This document shows, piece by piece, positions 1 to 8,867 of a stretch of 64,000 bases of DNA. The stretch is taken from positions 4,544,001 through 4,608,000 of the forward strand of contig OZ244065.1 in assembly GCA_965215505.1 (NCBI GenBank), in the 5' to 3' direction. The stretch is from Capsulimonadaceae bacterium (GTDB lineage Bacteria > Armatimonadota > Armatimonadia > Armatimonadales > Capsulimonadaceae). The notes beneath the pieces are model-generated. The model was not told where the DNA came from and ran no database searches. It saw only the letters and a program-made list of their open reading frames with translations. The position numbers and the translations under genes were made by a program. Numbering within the stretch: the stretch's first letter is position 1; each line of letters opens with the position of its first letter.

Positions 1-2
1 TG

Positions 3-446
3 TACGAAGTACAGGTGGATGTCCCCGACGACAAGTGTTCCATGCGCGGCTTCGACAAGGGCAAGTTCCTGGACGACGGCGGCCTGCGCCCCACCCATGT
101 GGCGGACTATCTGGCGACCATCGTGCCGGACCCCGCCCACAACGAGTTGTCCCGCCACGTCCGCAAGCCCGAGGTCGTGGAGGAAGCGAACGGTTCCAAG
201 ACCGAGTCCCTGTTCCGCACGGCGCACTTCAACACGGACCGGCTGACTGTCACGGCGGGCGCGACCCTGCCGCAGTCTCTCGCTGACGGCTTCCACCACC
301 TGTTCGTTCACTCCGGTACGCCCACCATCGGGGGCAAGACGCTATCGCAGGGCCGCTCCTACGTCCTGCCCGCTTCCGTCGGCGAGTACACGATCGAGGC
401 GGGCAGCAAAGACGCGGTCATCTTGAAGACGTACCTGCCGGTCTAG
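3..446 (+). CDS. C-terminal part of a cupin protein, probably class I mannose-6-phosphate isomerase-like (5' end outside window)
   Basis: Open frame from the window edge: YEVQ...R.FD...LRPTH followed by a cupin-like beta-rich tail (LFRTAHF...GRSYVLPA). Confidence 0.5.
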   Translation, partial: YEVQVDVPDDKCSMRGFDKGKFLDDGGLRPTHVADYLATIVPDPAHNELSRHVRKPEVVEEANGSKTESLFRTAHFNTDRLTVTAGATLPQSLADGFHHLFVHSGTPTIGGKTLSQGRSYVLPASVGEYTIEAGSKDAVILKTYLPV

Positions 447-454
447 GAGACTCC

Positions 455-1345
455 ATGCCCGCCGCCCAAACACTGCTCGACCCCGCCTTCCTCAAGAAGC
501 TCGAAGCCCTCAGCCTCGTCTCCAAGCGCGTCTTCGCCGGGCAGACCAAGGGCGAGCGGCGCTCCACCAAGCGCGGCTCGTCCATCGAGTTCGCCGACTT
601 CCGCGAGTACACGTTGGGCGACGACCTGCGCTATGTGGATTGGAAGGCGTATGGACGGCTGGAGAAGCTGTTCCTGAAGCTGTTCGTGGAGGAGGAGGAC
701 CTGAGCATCCACCTCCTGGTGGATACGAGTCAGAGCATGGAGTTCGGCAGCCCCGTCTCCAAGGCGATATATGCGCGCCGCCTGGCCGCCGCCCTGGGGT
801 ACATCGCGCTGTCCGAGTACGACCGCGTCCTGCTGGCCTCGTTCAGCGGCGGATTGGGGGAGATGATGCCGCCGATGCGCGGCAAGCCGGGCATCTTCCC
901 GTTCTTCAAGTTCTTGGAGACGCGGATGCCGGCGGGGGGCGGGACGAAGTTCGGGGAGGCCCTGACGCAGTACGCGCTGCGGGCGAAGAACGTGGGCATC
1001 GCCGTGGTCGTCTCCGACTTCTTCGACGAGACGCACGTCCAGGGCATCAAGGCCCTGCTGTCGCGGCGCTTCCAAGTGGTCCTGCTGCATGTCTTGGACG
1101 AGGAAGAGCTGCACCCGACCCTGACCGGCGACCTGCGGCTGGTGGACTCAGAGACGGGGGCGATCCGGGAGGTCAGCATCTCGCCGCACCTGCTGGCACA
1201 GTACGAGGCGCAGCTCCAGTCGTTCTGCGCGGGCTTGCAGGCGCTGGCGAACCGCTATAGCATGGACTACGTCCGGGCCTCCACGGGCTTGCCCTTTGAA
1301 GACGTGGTCCTGAAGTCCCTGCGCGGCGGCGGGATGGTGCGCTAG
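455..1345 (+). CDS. DUF58 domain protein (MoxR-associated, vWA-like)
   Basis: GSSIEFADFREYTLGDDLRYVDWKAYGR, LLVDTSQSM and VVVSDFF motifs; AGGAG RBS. Confidence 0.9.
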   Translation: MPAAQTLLDPAFLKKLEALSLVSKRVFAGQTKGERRSTKRGSSIEFADFREYTLGDDLRYVDWKAYGRLEKLFLKLFVEEEDLSIHLLVDTSQSMEFGSPVSKAIYARRLAAALGYIALSEYDRVLLASFSGGLGEMMPPMRGKPGIFPFFKFLETRMPAGGGTKFGEALTQYALRAKNVGIAVVVSDFFDETHVQGIKALLSRRFQVVLLHVLDEEELHPTLTGDLRLVDSETGAIREVSISPHLLAQYEAQLQSFCAGLQALANRYSMDYVRASTGLPFEDVVLKSLRGGGMVR

Positions 1346-1357
1346 TCGGGATCGCGG

Positions 1358-2212
1358 CTAGTCGGCGTCCTCGGCGGGCCGTCCGTGCTTGTCGAAGCCG
1401 ATGTAGATGCGCGCCTGGGCGGACTTCGCCAGTTCCCGCAGCGCCTCCAGTTCGCGCAGGCGCAGCAGGGCGGGGTGGGTGGTGTAGGCCTGCGCGGCCT
1501 GATCTTGGGCGCGCAGGGAGTCCACCTCGGCCTGTGTCCGAATCGCCTGCGTTTCGGCCTCTACCGTGGCCGCCAGCCGCTGCGCCCCGGCCAGTGCGTC
1601 GGCCTGGAGCCGCTGGGTCTCGGTCTTGGCCTGCATCTCGATCCTCTGCACGTCCGCCTTGGTCCGCGCCTCCACGAGCTGCGCCTCGCTCATGCGCTCG
1701 GCGGCCAGCACCTTGTTCATGATCTCCTGCAAATTGCCGGGGAAGATCAGGTCCTTGACGTCCGCCCGGAAGATGGCGACGCCGTAGGTGGCCGCGATCT
1801 CCTTGACGTCCCGCAGGATGTCTTCGGAGAGCTGGTTGCGGTTCGTCAGGATCTCCTCCAAAGGCATGGAGGCCAGCGACCGGCGGGCGGCGAGCTGCAC
1901 GTCGCTGTACAGCCGGTCCTCGTACTTCTCCACTTCATGCAGGGCGGCGCGCGGGTCGGTCACGCGGAACTGGACGATGATGCTGACCCGAATCGCCACC
2001 TTGTCCGCCGTCAGGATTTCCTGCCCCTTGATCGTCAGGTCCCGCTCGCGCACGTCCACCAGCACGACCTCGACTTTCGGCACGCGCCCGAAGAGGGAAG
2101 GGAGCAGGCGCGGCTTGGGGAAGACGTAGCGCCCCGCCTCCAATATCCGCGTCAGGACGCCGTCCTCGTACCACAGCCCCCGGTGCGTGTCTTTGATGAT
2201 GATGTCGTTCAT
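1358..2212 (-). CDS. SPFH/band 7 (slipin-like) family protein
   Basis: QEILTADKVAIRV, DVKDLIFPG and C-terminal PALLRLRELEAL. Confidence 0.85.
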   Translation of the reverse strand: MNDIIIKDTHRGLWYEDGVLTRILEAGRYVFPKPRLLPSLFGRVPKVEVVLVDVRERDLTIKGQEILTADKVAIRVSIIVQFRVTDPRAALHEVEKYEDRLYSDVQLAARRSLASMPLEEILTNRNQLSEDILRDVKEIAATYGVAIFRADVKDLIFPGNLQEIMNKVLAAERMSEAQLVEARTKADVQRIEMQAKTETQRLQADALAGAQRLAATVEAETQAIRTQAEVDSLRAQDQAAQAYTTHPALLRLRELEALRELAKSAQARIYIGFDKHGRPAEDAD

Positions 2213-2221
2213 GCCAAAAAC

Positions 2222-2348
2222 CGAAAAAGCAAGCCCCGTAGCCGGACCGATGGGGAGGACGAGCGTTCAGATAGCATCACTCAACCGCGTGTGGAAGGGG
2301 CGGCAGAGACACCTGATGGCGGCTCGCTCCTGAACCGGCCGGGGCTTG
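2222..2348 (-). ncRNA. Candidate structured RNA or leader upstream of the SPFH gene
   Basis: TATAAT at 2354-2359 (minus); ends pair (CAAGCCCCG/CGGGGCTTG, GCCGG/CCGGC, GGAGCGAGC/GCTCGTCC) and are followed by T-runs. Confidence 0.4.
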
Positions 2349-2381
2349 GGGCCATTATACCAGAAGAGGGAGGGCAGGACC

Positions 2382-3374
2382 TCAAAGAGACGAGCCTGCG
2401 ATCTTCTGCGCGAGGTTCCGGGCGATCTCCTCGTGGCCCAGCAGGGAGGGGTGGACCAAGTCCGTGGTGAGGCCGCCGACGGACGCCAGCAGGCTCCGTC
2501 CCGGCAGATGAAACAGATTGGGCAGGGCCAGGGCTTCCACCTGTGCCCGCACGACCTCCCGGAACTCCTCAACCTTTGGAAAATCATCCCAGTCCCCACC
2601 ATGCGTGAAGATTTCGGTGCAGAAGACTCGTCTGTCCGTATTGCTTCCAGCGATGCGCCCGGCGAAATAGCCGACTTTGCGCGCGAACTCGTCCGGCGTC
2701 CAGCCCAGCACATTGATCCCTAGTTCCAGGGAGGCGACGTGCCATTCCTCATTGTCGGCGATGAAGTCCGCGACGCTCTCGTCCATCCGCGCGCTGCCCG
2801 ATGTGCCCAGGCCGACGAGGTCCATGCCGAGTAGCTGCGCCGTCCGCATTGCGTATGTCCCGCTCGGCGTTGCCGCATTGCCCCCCTGCGTGATGGACGA
2901 GCCGTAGGTCAGCAGGCGGCGTGCCGGGACCTGTCCGGGCTGAGGCGGGGTAGGGGTGCCGGTTAGGCCGAGGAGTTCCGTCGGCCACCCGTGCGGCAGC
3001 AGGATGCGGACCAGGGCAGGGTCGAACGGGAGGCCCTGCGCCGACGCCAGCCGGGTCATCCGTTCCAGTTCGGCGGACGGCCCGACCGTGATCTCGGTCG
3101 GATCGGCCCCGACGGCATGGGCGCTCTCGGGGAACGGGCCGCGCCACACCTCCGCCACGTTCAGGAACGGCCCGCGCGAGGCAAGTGTCACCGTCACCGG
3201 TCCCGCCCCGACGTTGAAACGGATCTCCCCGCCTGACGGTGTCACCGCCATTTCTTGCCCGAACTCCCCCAGCGTCTCCCGCACCCGTGACGGCAGGCGG
3301 CTCATCTGCCACCCCCCAATGGCGCGCGGCAGCAGCTCGCGGACATTGTAAAGCTCGACGTTCTCGTGGATCAT
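2382..3374 (-). CDS. SGNH/GDSL hydrolase family protein
   Basis: YGSSITQG block I, GTSGSA, LELGIN and DLVHP catalytic motifs. Confidence 0.85.
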   Translation of the reverse strand: MIHENVELYNVRELLPRAIGGWQMSRLPSRVRETLGEFGQEMAVTPSGGEIRFNVGAGPVTVTLASRGPFLNVAEVWRGPFPESAHAVGADPTEITVGPSAELERMTRLASAQGLPFDPALVRILLPHGWPTELLGLTGTPTPPQPGQVPARRLLTYGSSITQGGNAATPSGTYAMRTAQLLGMDLVGLGTSGSARMDESVADFIADNEEWHVASLELGINVLGWTPDEFARKVGYFAGRIAGSNTDRRVFCTEIFTHGGDWDDFPKVEEFREVVRAQVEALALPNLFHLPGRSLLASVGGLTTDLVHPSLLGHEEIARNLAQKIAGSSL

Positions 3375-3375
3375 G

Positions 3376-4803
3376 TCAGAGCAGGTTCTTCTTGACCACC
3401 GTTCCTAACGGCGAGTCGCCGACCGTGTAGCCCTGCCCCTCGATCTCCGCCCGCAGGGCGTCCGAGCGGGCGAAGTCTCTGGCCTTGCGCGCCTCGTCCC
3501 GCTGGCCTTTCAGGGCGATGATGCTTTCGGGCAGGCCGTCTGCGTCGTTCTGCGCCGTCGGGAGGGCGGCGCGGGAGCGTGCCTCGATGTCCAGGCCCAG
3601 GACGGAGTCGAACTCGCGCCACAGGCGGTAGGACTTGGCCTCGTGCAGGGCGGCGACGGCGCGCGGCAGGTTCAGGTCGTCGGAGATGGCATCAAAGACC
3701 GTCTGATAAGCCCGCGCGTATTCCTCGTCGGAAAGGCCGTCGTCCTCGCCGATGCGCGCCTTCAGCTCGTAAACCTTGCCCAAGGCTTTGGTCGCCGCCG
3801 CCAGCGACTCCCAGGTTTCCACGTTGAAGGCCAGTTCCGAGCGGTAGTGGGCGGTCAGGCACAGGTAGCGGTAGGCGAGCGGGTCGTAGCCCTTGTCCAT
3901 CAATCGCTGGACGGTCAGGAAGTTCTCGCCGGACTTCGACATCTTGATGCCTCTGGCGTCCGCCGAGGGCGTGACGACGTTCAGGAACGCGCCGTGGAGC
4001 CAGAACCGGACGAACGGGTGCCCCGTCGCGCACTCCGACTGGGCGATCTCGTTGGTGTGGTGGACGGGGATGTGGTCAATGCCGCCGCAATGGATGTCCA
4101 GAGTCTCGCCCAGATACTTCATGCTCATGGCCGAACACTCGATGTGCCAGCCGGGGTAGCCCTCGCCCCACGGCGACGGCCACTTCATGATGTGGGTCGG
4201 CTTGTTGGTGAACCACAGGATGAAGTCGGCGGGGTGACGCTTGCCCGCGTCCACATTGACCTCCTCGCGCGCCCCCTCGCGTTGCGCGCCCAGGTTCAGT
4301 CCGGCCAGCTTGCCGTAGTCGGCGTCCTTGGCGGTGTCGAAGTAGACGCCCTCTTCCGTCTTGTAAACATACCCCTGCGCTTCCAGCCGCTCAATCAGGG
4401 CGATCATCTCGGCGACATGATCGGTGGCGCGCGGGGCGACGTTTGGCTTGATGACGTTCAGCCGGGCCGAATCGCGGAAGAAGGCTTCCTCATAGAATTT
4501 GGCGATGTCCCAGGGGGACTTCTTTTCGCGCTCCGCCGCCGTCGCCATCTTGTCCTCGCCCGCGTCCGAGTCCGAGGTCATGTGGCCGACGTCGGTGACG
4601 TTCATCACATGCTCGACCGCCCAGCCGTGCAGGGCCAGGGTCCGGTGCAGCAGGTCCTCGAAGATGTAGGTCCGCAGGTTGCCGATGTGGGCGTAGTTGT
4701 AGACCGTAGGCCCGCAGCAGTACATCCTGACCGTGCGGCCGTCGGCGGGCGTGAAGACTTCTTTCGAGCGCGTGAGCGTGTTGTGCAAAACCAGGGGTGT
4801 CAT
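3376..4803 (-). CDS. cysS: Cysteine--tRNA ligase
   Basis: CGPTVYNYAHIGN, PGWHIECSAM, DIHCGGIDH and KMSKS; start placed at ATG 4803, 6 nt after TGCTATAAT. Confidence 0.97.
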   Translation of the reverse strand: MTPLVLHNTLTRSKEVFTPADGRTVRMYCCGPTVYNYAHIGNLRTYIFEDLLHRTLALHGWAVEHVMNVTDVGHMTSDSDAGEDKMATAAEREKKSPWDIAKFYEEAFFRDSARLNVIKPNVAPRATDHVAEMIALIERLEAQGYVYKTEEGVYFDTAKDADYGKLAGLNLGAQREGAREEVNVDAGKRHPADFILWFTNKPTHIMKWPSPWGEGYPGWHIECSAMSMKYLGETLDIHCGGIDHIPVHHTNEIAQSECATGHPFVRFWLHGAFLNVVTPSADARGIKMSKSGENFLTVQRLMDKGYDPLAYRYLCLTAHYRSELAFNVETWESLAAATKALGKVYELKARIGEDDGLSDEEYARAYQTVFDAISDDLNLPRAVAALHEAKSYRLWREFDSVLGLDIEARSRAALPTAQNDADGLPESIIALKGQRDEARKARDFARSDALRAEIEGQGYTVGDSPLGTVVKKNLL

Positions 4804-4809
4804 GGGGTT

Positions 4810-4818
4810 ATTATAGCA
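4810..4818 (-). promoter_or_regulatory. Extended -10 promoter (TGCTATAAT) giving a probable leaderless cysS mRNA
   Basis: TGnTATAAT ends 6 nt before the ATG; no Shine-Dalgarno. Confidence 0.6.
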
Positions 4819-4897
4819 CATGGCAGCCCATGCCGCCCCCGCCCGCGAAGGTGGTATACTGAGGAAGGATCACCCGCGCGAGAGGAGAGCCTTCCCA

Positions 4898-5275
4898 ATG
4901 ACTGCCACCATTGAGATAGATGAAGAAACGTACAACGGCTTTCTAGCCATCGCTGAACCCGGCGAGGATTTCGCCGCCTTCGTCGCCGCCGCAGCGCTCA
5001 AAGCTCTTGCGCGCCGCGAGTACCAGGCGGCGGGCCGCGCCGAGATGCAGGCCATGCTCGACGGCCCGCGCCACCGGTTCGACGCGGAAGGGACTTACCG
5101 GTCATACTGCGAGAAGTATGGCTGGCCCGACCTGTCGCACCTGTCGCGCGAGGAGATCGAGGAGCGGTGGGACGCGCTGATGGATGCCGCGCCACCCGAA
5201 AAAGCGTTGATGCGGACCGGCTGGCACCCGCATGAACAACGAACAAGACGGGCCGATCCGGTATGTCGTCGTTGA
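4898..5275 (+). CDS. Putative antitoxin (small protein upstream of a ParE-like toxin)
   Basis: GAGGAG RBS; N-terminal beta-strand plus helices (MTATIEIDEETY...); overlaps the toxin gene. Confidence 0.5.
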   Translation: MTATIEIDEETYNGFLAIAEPGEDFAAFVAAAALKALARREYQAAGRAEMQAMLDGPRHRFDAEGTYRSYCEKYGWPDLSHLSREEIEERWDALMDAAPPEKALMRTGWHPHEQRTRRADPVCRR

Positions 5276-5639
5276 AAGTGACCGCTTTGCCGACGACCGC
5301 GACAGGGCCGTTCTCGGCTTCAACAGCAGGCAAGGTCCGGAGCGGGCGACTCTGTGGTACAAGGATTTGGCTCAGGCGATCAACGCCCTGACCGGCTTCC
5401 CCGGCCCGCTGCCCCATGCTCGGGACGAAGACGCCTCGGACTTCTACGGCCGCGAGGTCCGCCGCCTGCTCTACTACGGGCCGACGCGCAAGCGCAGCGG
5501 GACCCCCGTCCGCATCCTCTTCACCATCTTGCCGCCCGCCGCCGATGAGCCGCCGGAGACTGCCGAATCGGTCATCTTCCTGCTGCGGCGGCTGCGCGGC
5601 GGGCAGACGCTGGCCTCGGAAGAAGAAGACCCCACTTAA
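5232..5639 (+). CDS. ParE/RelE-family toxin-like protein
   Basis: WYKDLAQAINALTGFP...ARDE...EVRRLLYYG...RILFTI...IFLLR pattern typical of ParE-like toxins. Confidence 0.65.
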   Translation: MNNEQDGPIRYVVVESDRFADDRDRAVLGFNSRQGPERATLWYKDLAQAINALTGFPGPLPHARDEDASDFYGREVRRLLYYGPTRKRSGTPVRILFTILPPAADEPPETAESVIFLLRRLRGGQTLASEEEDPT

Positions 5640-5724
5640 ACAAGGAAGGAAAACGCCGACCCGGTGCCGAACGGCCTTACAGCCACCTCATCGAAGACCC
5701 TCTCGTTGAAGACAGGAAACTCGC

Positions 5725-6810
5725 ATGACCACACCCATGAAAATCGGAATCGTCGGCTGCGGAAACATCAGCAACATCTACCTCGGAGCGGGCAAGAAGT
5801 TTGACATCTTGGACATCGTCGCCGTGTCCGACCTGGACCTGGCGCGCGCCCAGGCCAAGGCCGAGGAACACGGCATCGCGAAGGCCGTCTATGTGGACGA
5901 GCTGCTGGCCGACCCCGAGATCGAGATCGTCGTCAACCTGACCGTGCCGGGCGCGCACTACGACGTCTGCAAGGCCACGCTGGAATCCGGCAAGCACGCC
6001 TATGTGGAAAAGCCGCTCTCGCTGACCCGCGCGCAGGGGCGCGACCTGCTCGAGACGGCCCAGGCGAAGGGCCTGCGCGTCGGCGGCGCCCCGGACACCT
6101 TCCTGGGGGCGGCCCTCCAGACCTGCCGCAAGCTGATCGACGACGGGGCCATCGGCCAGCCCATCGCCGCCACCGCCTTCATGCTCGCGCGGGGCGTCGA
6201 AACCTGGCACCCGAACCCCGAGTTCTTCTTCAAAGCCGGCGGCGGCCCGATGTTCGACATGGGTCCCTACTACCTCACCGCCCTGATCTCGCTCCTCGGG
6301 CCGCTGAAGCGCGTCACCGGCTCGGCACAGATGTCGTTCCCGGAGCGGCAGATCACCAGCCAGCCCCTGTCCGGCCAGACCATCCTCGTCGAGACGCCCA
6401 CCCACATCGCGGGCGTCATGGACTTCGCGGGCGGTGCGGTCGGGACCATCATCACCTCGTTCGATGTCTGGGCGCACAACCTGCCCCCCATCGAGATCCA
6501 CGGCTCGGAGGGGTCGCTGTCCATCCCGGACCCGAACTATTTCGATGGGGTCGTAAAGCTGTACCGCGACGGCAAGTGGGAAGAGGTCCCGCTGACGCAC
6601 GGCTACGCCGAGAACAGCCGGGGTATCGGCGTCGCCGACATGGCCTACGCCATCCAGGAGGGCCGCCCGCACCGGGCGAGCGGCGACCTGACCTTCCACG
6701 TCCTCGACGCCATGCACGGGTTTCTGGACGCCTCGCAGTCGGGCAAGCATTACCTCCTGGAGAGTCCGGGCGTCCGCCCCGAGGCCCTGCCCGAGATGTG
6801 GCCGGTGTAG
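5725..6810 (+). CDS. Gfo/Idh/MocA family oxidoreductase
   Basis: IGIVGCGNIS Rossmann motif, HAYVEKPL and GGGPMFDMGPYY. Confidence 0.92.
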   Translation: MTTPMKIGIVGCGNISNIYLGAGKKFDILDIVAVSDLDLARAQAKAEEHGIAKAVYVDELLADPEIEIVVNLTVPGAHYDVCKATLESGKHAYVEKPLSLTRAQGRDLLETAQAKGLRVGGAPDTFLGAALQTCRKLIDDGAIGQPIAATAFMLARGVETWHPNPEFFFKAGGGPMFDMGPYYLTALISLLGPLKRVTGSAQMSFPERQITSQPLSGQTILVETPTHIAGVMDFAGGAVGTIITSFDVWAHNLPPIEIHGSEGSLSIPDPNYFDGVVKLYRDGKWEEVPLTHGYAENSRGIGVADMAYAIQEGRPHRASGDLTFHVLDAMHGFLDASQSGKHYLLESPGVRPEALPEMWPV

Positions 6811-6822
6811 CACGACACGAAG

Positions 6823-6861
6823 AAAAAGAGGGGGCGGGCCAGCGGCCCGCCCCCTCTTTTT
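6823..6861. terminator. Bidirectional intrinsic terminator
   Basis: AAAAAGAGGGGGCGGGCC-AGC-GGCCCGCCCCCTCTTTTT between convergent genes. Confidence 0.85.
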
Positions 6862-6871
6862 GACTCACCCG

Positions 6872-7162
6872 TCAGTGCTTGTGTCCAACTCGGTACTTGC
6901 GATGGATGCGGCCGCTGGAGGTGACAACTGACCGATAGGTGCGGTTGCCGTTGCGCCGGTGGACGACGGACTTCGCGCCCACCGTCCGGTGGGCGGCGAT
7001 GCTGGCATTCTCCGAGGTCTTGCGGATGGGGTACTCGATGGCTTTGCCCAAACGGTGCAGCGTGTTGCTGTCGTGCTTGGCCTGTGCCATGGGGACCACG
7101 AGCGCGGTCCCTAGGACACACGCGAGGACGGCGGCAGTGCCGCGCAGGTTGATGCGGATCAC
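6872..7162 (-). CDS. Small secreted basic hypothetical protein
   Basis: Signal peptide (AAVLACVLGTALVVPMAQA); AAGGAG RBS; downstream of the ECF pair. Confidence 0.65.
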   Translation of the reverse strand: MIRINLRGTAAVLACVLGTALVVPMAQAKHDSNTLHRLGKAIEYPIRKTSENASIAAHRTVGAKSVVHRRNGNRTYRSVVTSSGRIHRKYRVGHKH

Positions 7163-7276
7163 GTTTCTCTCCTTGTGTCGGTTTTTGGATCGGGGTGATG
7201 TCCCCTGTCATGCCCGTAAGCGCCCGAATTGAAACGGAAGTTTCCGCCCATCTGCGTTCCGCGCGTCTGCGTTCCG

Positions 7277-7564
7277 CTAACTGCGGGGCGGCGTCAGGTC
7301 GCGCTCCGCCTGCTCCCACTCGGCCTCGACTTCGGCCCAGCGCTCTGGCTCCAGCGTGACCGCTGGGAGAGGCTTGGACAGGCCCTGAAGGCGCGCGTGC
7401 ATCCCGCGCAGAAAAGGGAGCGAGGACTGGCACTGCGGGCAGCCTTTGACGTGCTGCTCCGTGTACCAGCGGGCCAGACCCGTCAGCCTCTCGTCCGTCC
7501 AGGCGGAGACCAGGGTCCGCATGTGCGGGCAGGGCTTCAGGTCGGCGGGGTCTTGTTTCTTCAT
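7277..7564 (-). CDS. Zinc-finger (zf-HC2) anti-sigma factor
   Basis: C...HVKGCPQC (HxxxCxxC) motif directly after the ECF sigma gene. Confidence 0.75.
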   Translation of the reverse strand: MKKQDPADLKPCPHMRTLVSAWTDERLTGLARWYTEQHVKGCPQCQSSLPFLRGMHARLQGLSKPLPAVTLEPERWAEVEAEWEQAERDLTPPRS

Positions 7565-7576
7565 GGTCCTTCACTT

Positions 7577-8185
7577 TCAGGGGGTGGCAGTTCGCGGCAG
7601 AATGCCCCGGCGGCGGGCAAACCCTTGCAGCAGGTCGTGGAGCTTCATCCGCCCCCGCGCCAGGCGCGAGCGGACCGTGCCGATGGGGACGTTTAAAGCC
7701 AGGGCCGCCTCGGCGTATTCCAGGCCCTCCACGTCCACCAGCAGTACGCACAGCCGCAGGACCTCGGGCAGCATCGCCAGAGCTTTTTCCAGCTCCTCGT
7801 CCAGAGTCCCCGCCAGCAGGGCGACGCCGGGGACGTCTGAGGGGGCGGCGTGAGTCTGGGCCGGGCCGGCTTCACCCAACGAGGTCAGCGTGTCCAGGTC
7901 CGGCCCGGACTCGAACTTGCGCCGCCGGTGGTACTCGTTGATGAAGAGGTTGGTCAGGATACGCAGCAGCCAGGGTCTGGCGTCCGTGCCCTCGCGGAAG
8001 CGGCCTTCCAGGTAGGCGACATAGGCGCGCACCAGGGCATCCTGCACCAGATCCTGTGCCCAGTCGTGGTCGCCCCGGCACAGGCGCAGGGCCGCGCCCA
8101 TCAGGGCCGCCTCATGCCGCCGCGCCAGATCCGCGAAGGCGGCCCGGCGCGTCCGCGCTTCTTTTCCCGGCGGTTCTTGTGTCAT
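7577..8185 (-). CDS. ECF sigma-70 family RNA polymerase sigma factor
   Basis: AQDLVQDAL, WLLRILTNLFIN and GLEYAEAALALNVPIGTVRSRLARGR. Confidence 0.92.
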   Translation of the reverse strand: MTQEPPGKEARTRRAAFADLARRHEAALMGAALRLCRGDHDWAQDLVQDALVRAYVAYLEGRFREGTDARPWLLRILTNLFINEYHRRRKFESGPDLDTLTSLGEAGPAQTHAAPSDVPGVALLAGTLDEELEKALAMLPEVLRLCVLLVDVEGLEYAEAALALNVPIGTVRSRLARGRMKLHDLLQGFARRRGILPRTATP

Positions 8186-8366
8186 GTCCCCCTTCTACAA
8201 AGCGGTACTCCGGAAAGTTCCATAAAAAATCAAGGCAGGGGACTGTCGCCTTTAGGCGTCTGGGGAATGCCTTCCTGTCTGCCGAAGGCGTATCCCCGCC
8301 CTGCGACTTCCTTTCAGTTTTCGTTGAGTGTTTGACATTTGTGTAACGCGTCCCATATATGGGGCT

Positions 8367-8867
8367 ATGCCGCAAGAGAGCTACAGGAAGACAGCGGGAG
8401 GCGTTTTCAACCTCGGCTACCACTTTGTCTGGTGCGTCAAGTACCGAAAGCCTTTGCTGGTCGGCGACGTGGAGACTCGGCTCAAAGGACTGCTTCACGA
8501 ACGCGCCGCCGTGCTGGACTTGACGGTCGCACAGTTGGAGGTCATGCCCGGCTACGTTCACCTGTCTGTCAGCGCACCGCCTACCGATGCGCCCCAGCAC
8601 TACGCGAACCAGTTCAAGGGTCACACGTCCCGCGTTCTGCGGCAGGAACTCCCGCACCTGAAAAGCCGTCTGCCTGCGCTCTGGAGCAGAAGTTACTATT
8701 GCGGTTCGGCGGGCGATGTCCCGGCAGCGGTCGTTCAGCGGTACATTGAAGCGCAGAACACGCGCGACGCGGTTCTTCCGAGAGGCAGGGGGCAGTTGAA
8801 CAAGGCTTTCCGTTATCTCCTGTACCCGAACCGCTGTACCCGAACCGCGAACAGTCCGAGGCCATGA
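8367..8867 (+). pseudogene. tnpA: IS200-like Y1 transposase, probably inactive
   Basis: YHFVWCVKYRK, LWSRSYY and RYIEAQ present; HUH motif reads MPGYVHL instead of MPDHVHL; frame reads through into the tnpB N-terminus. Confidence 0.75.
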
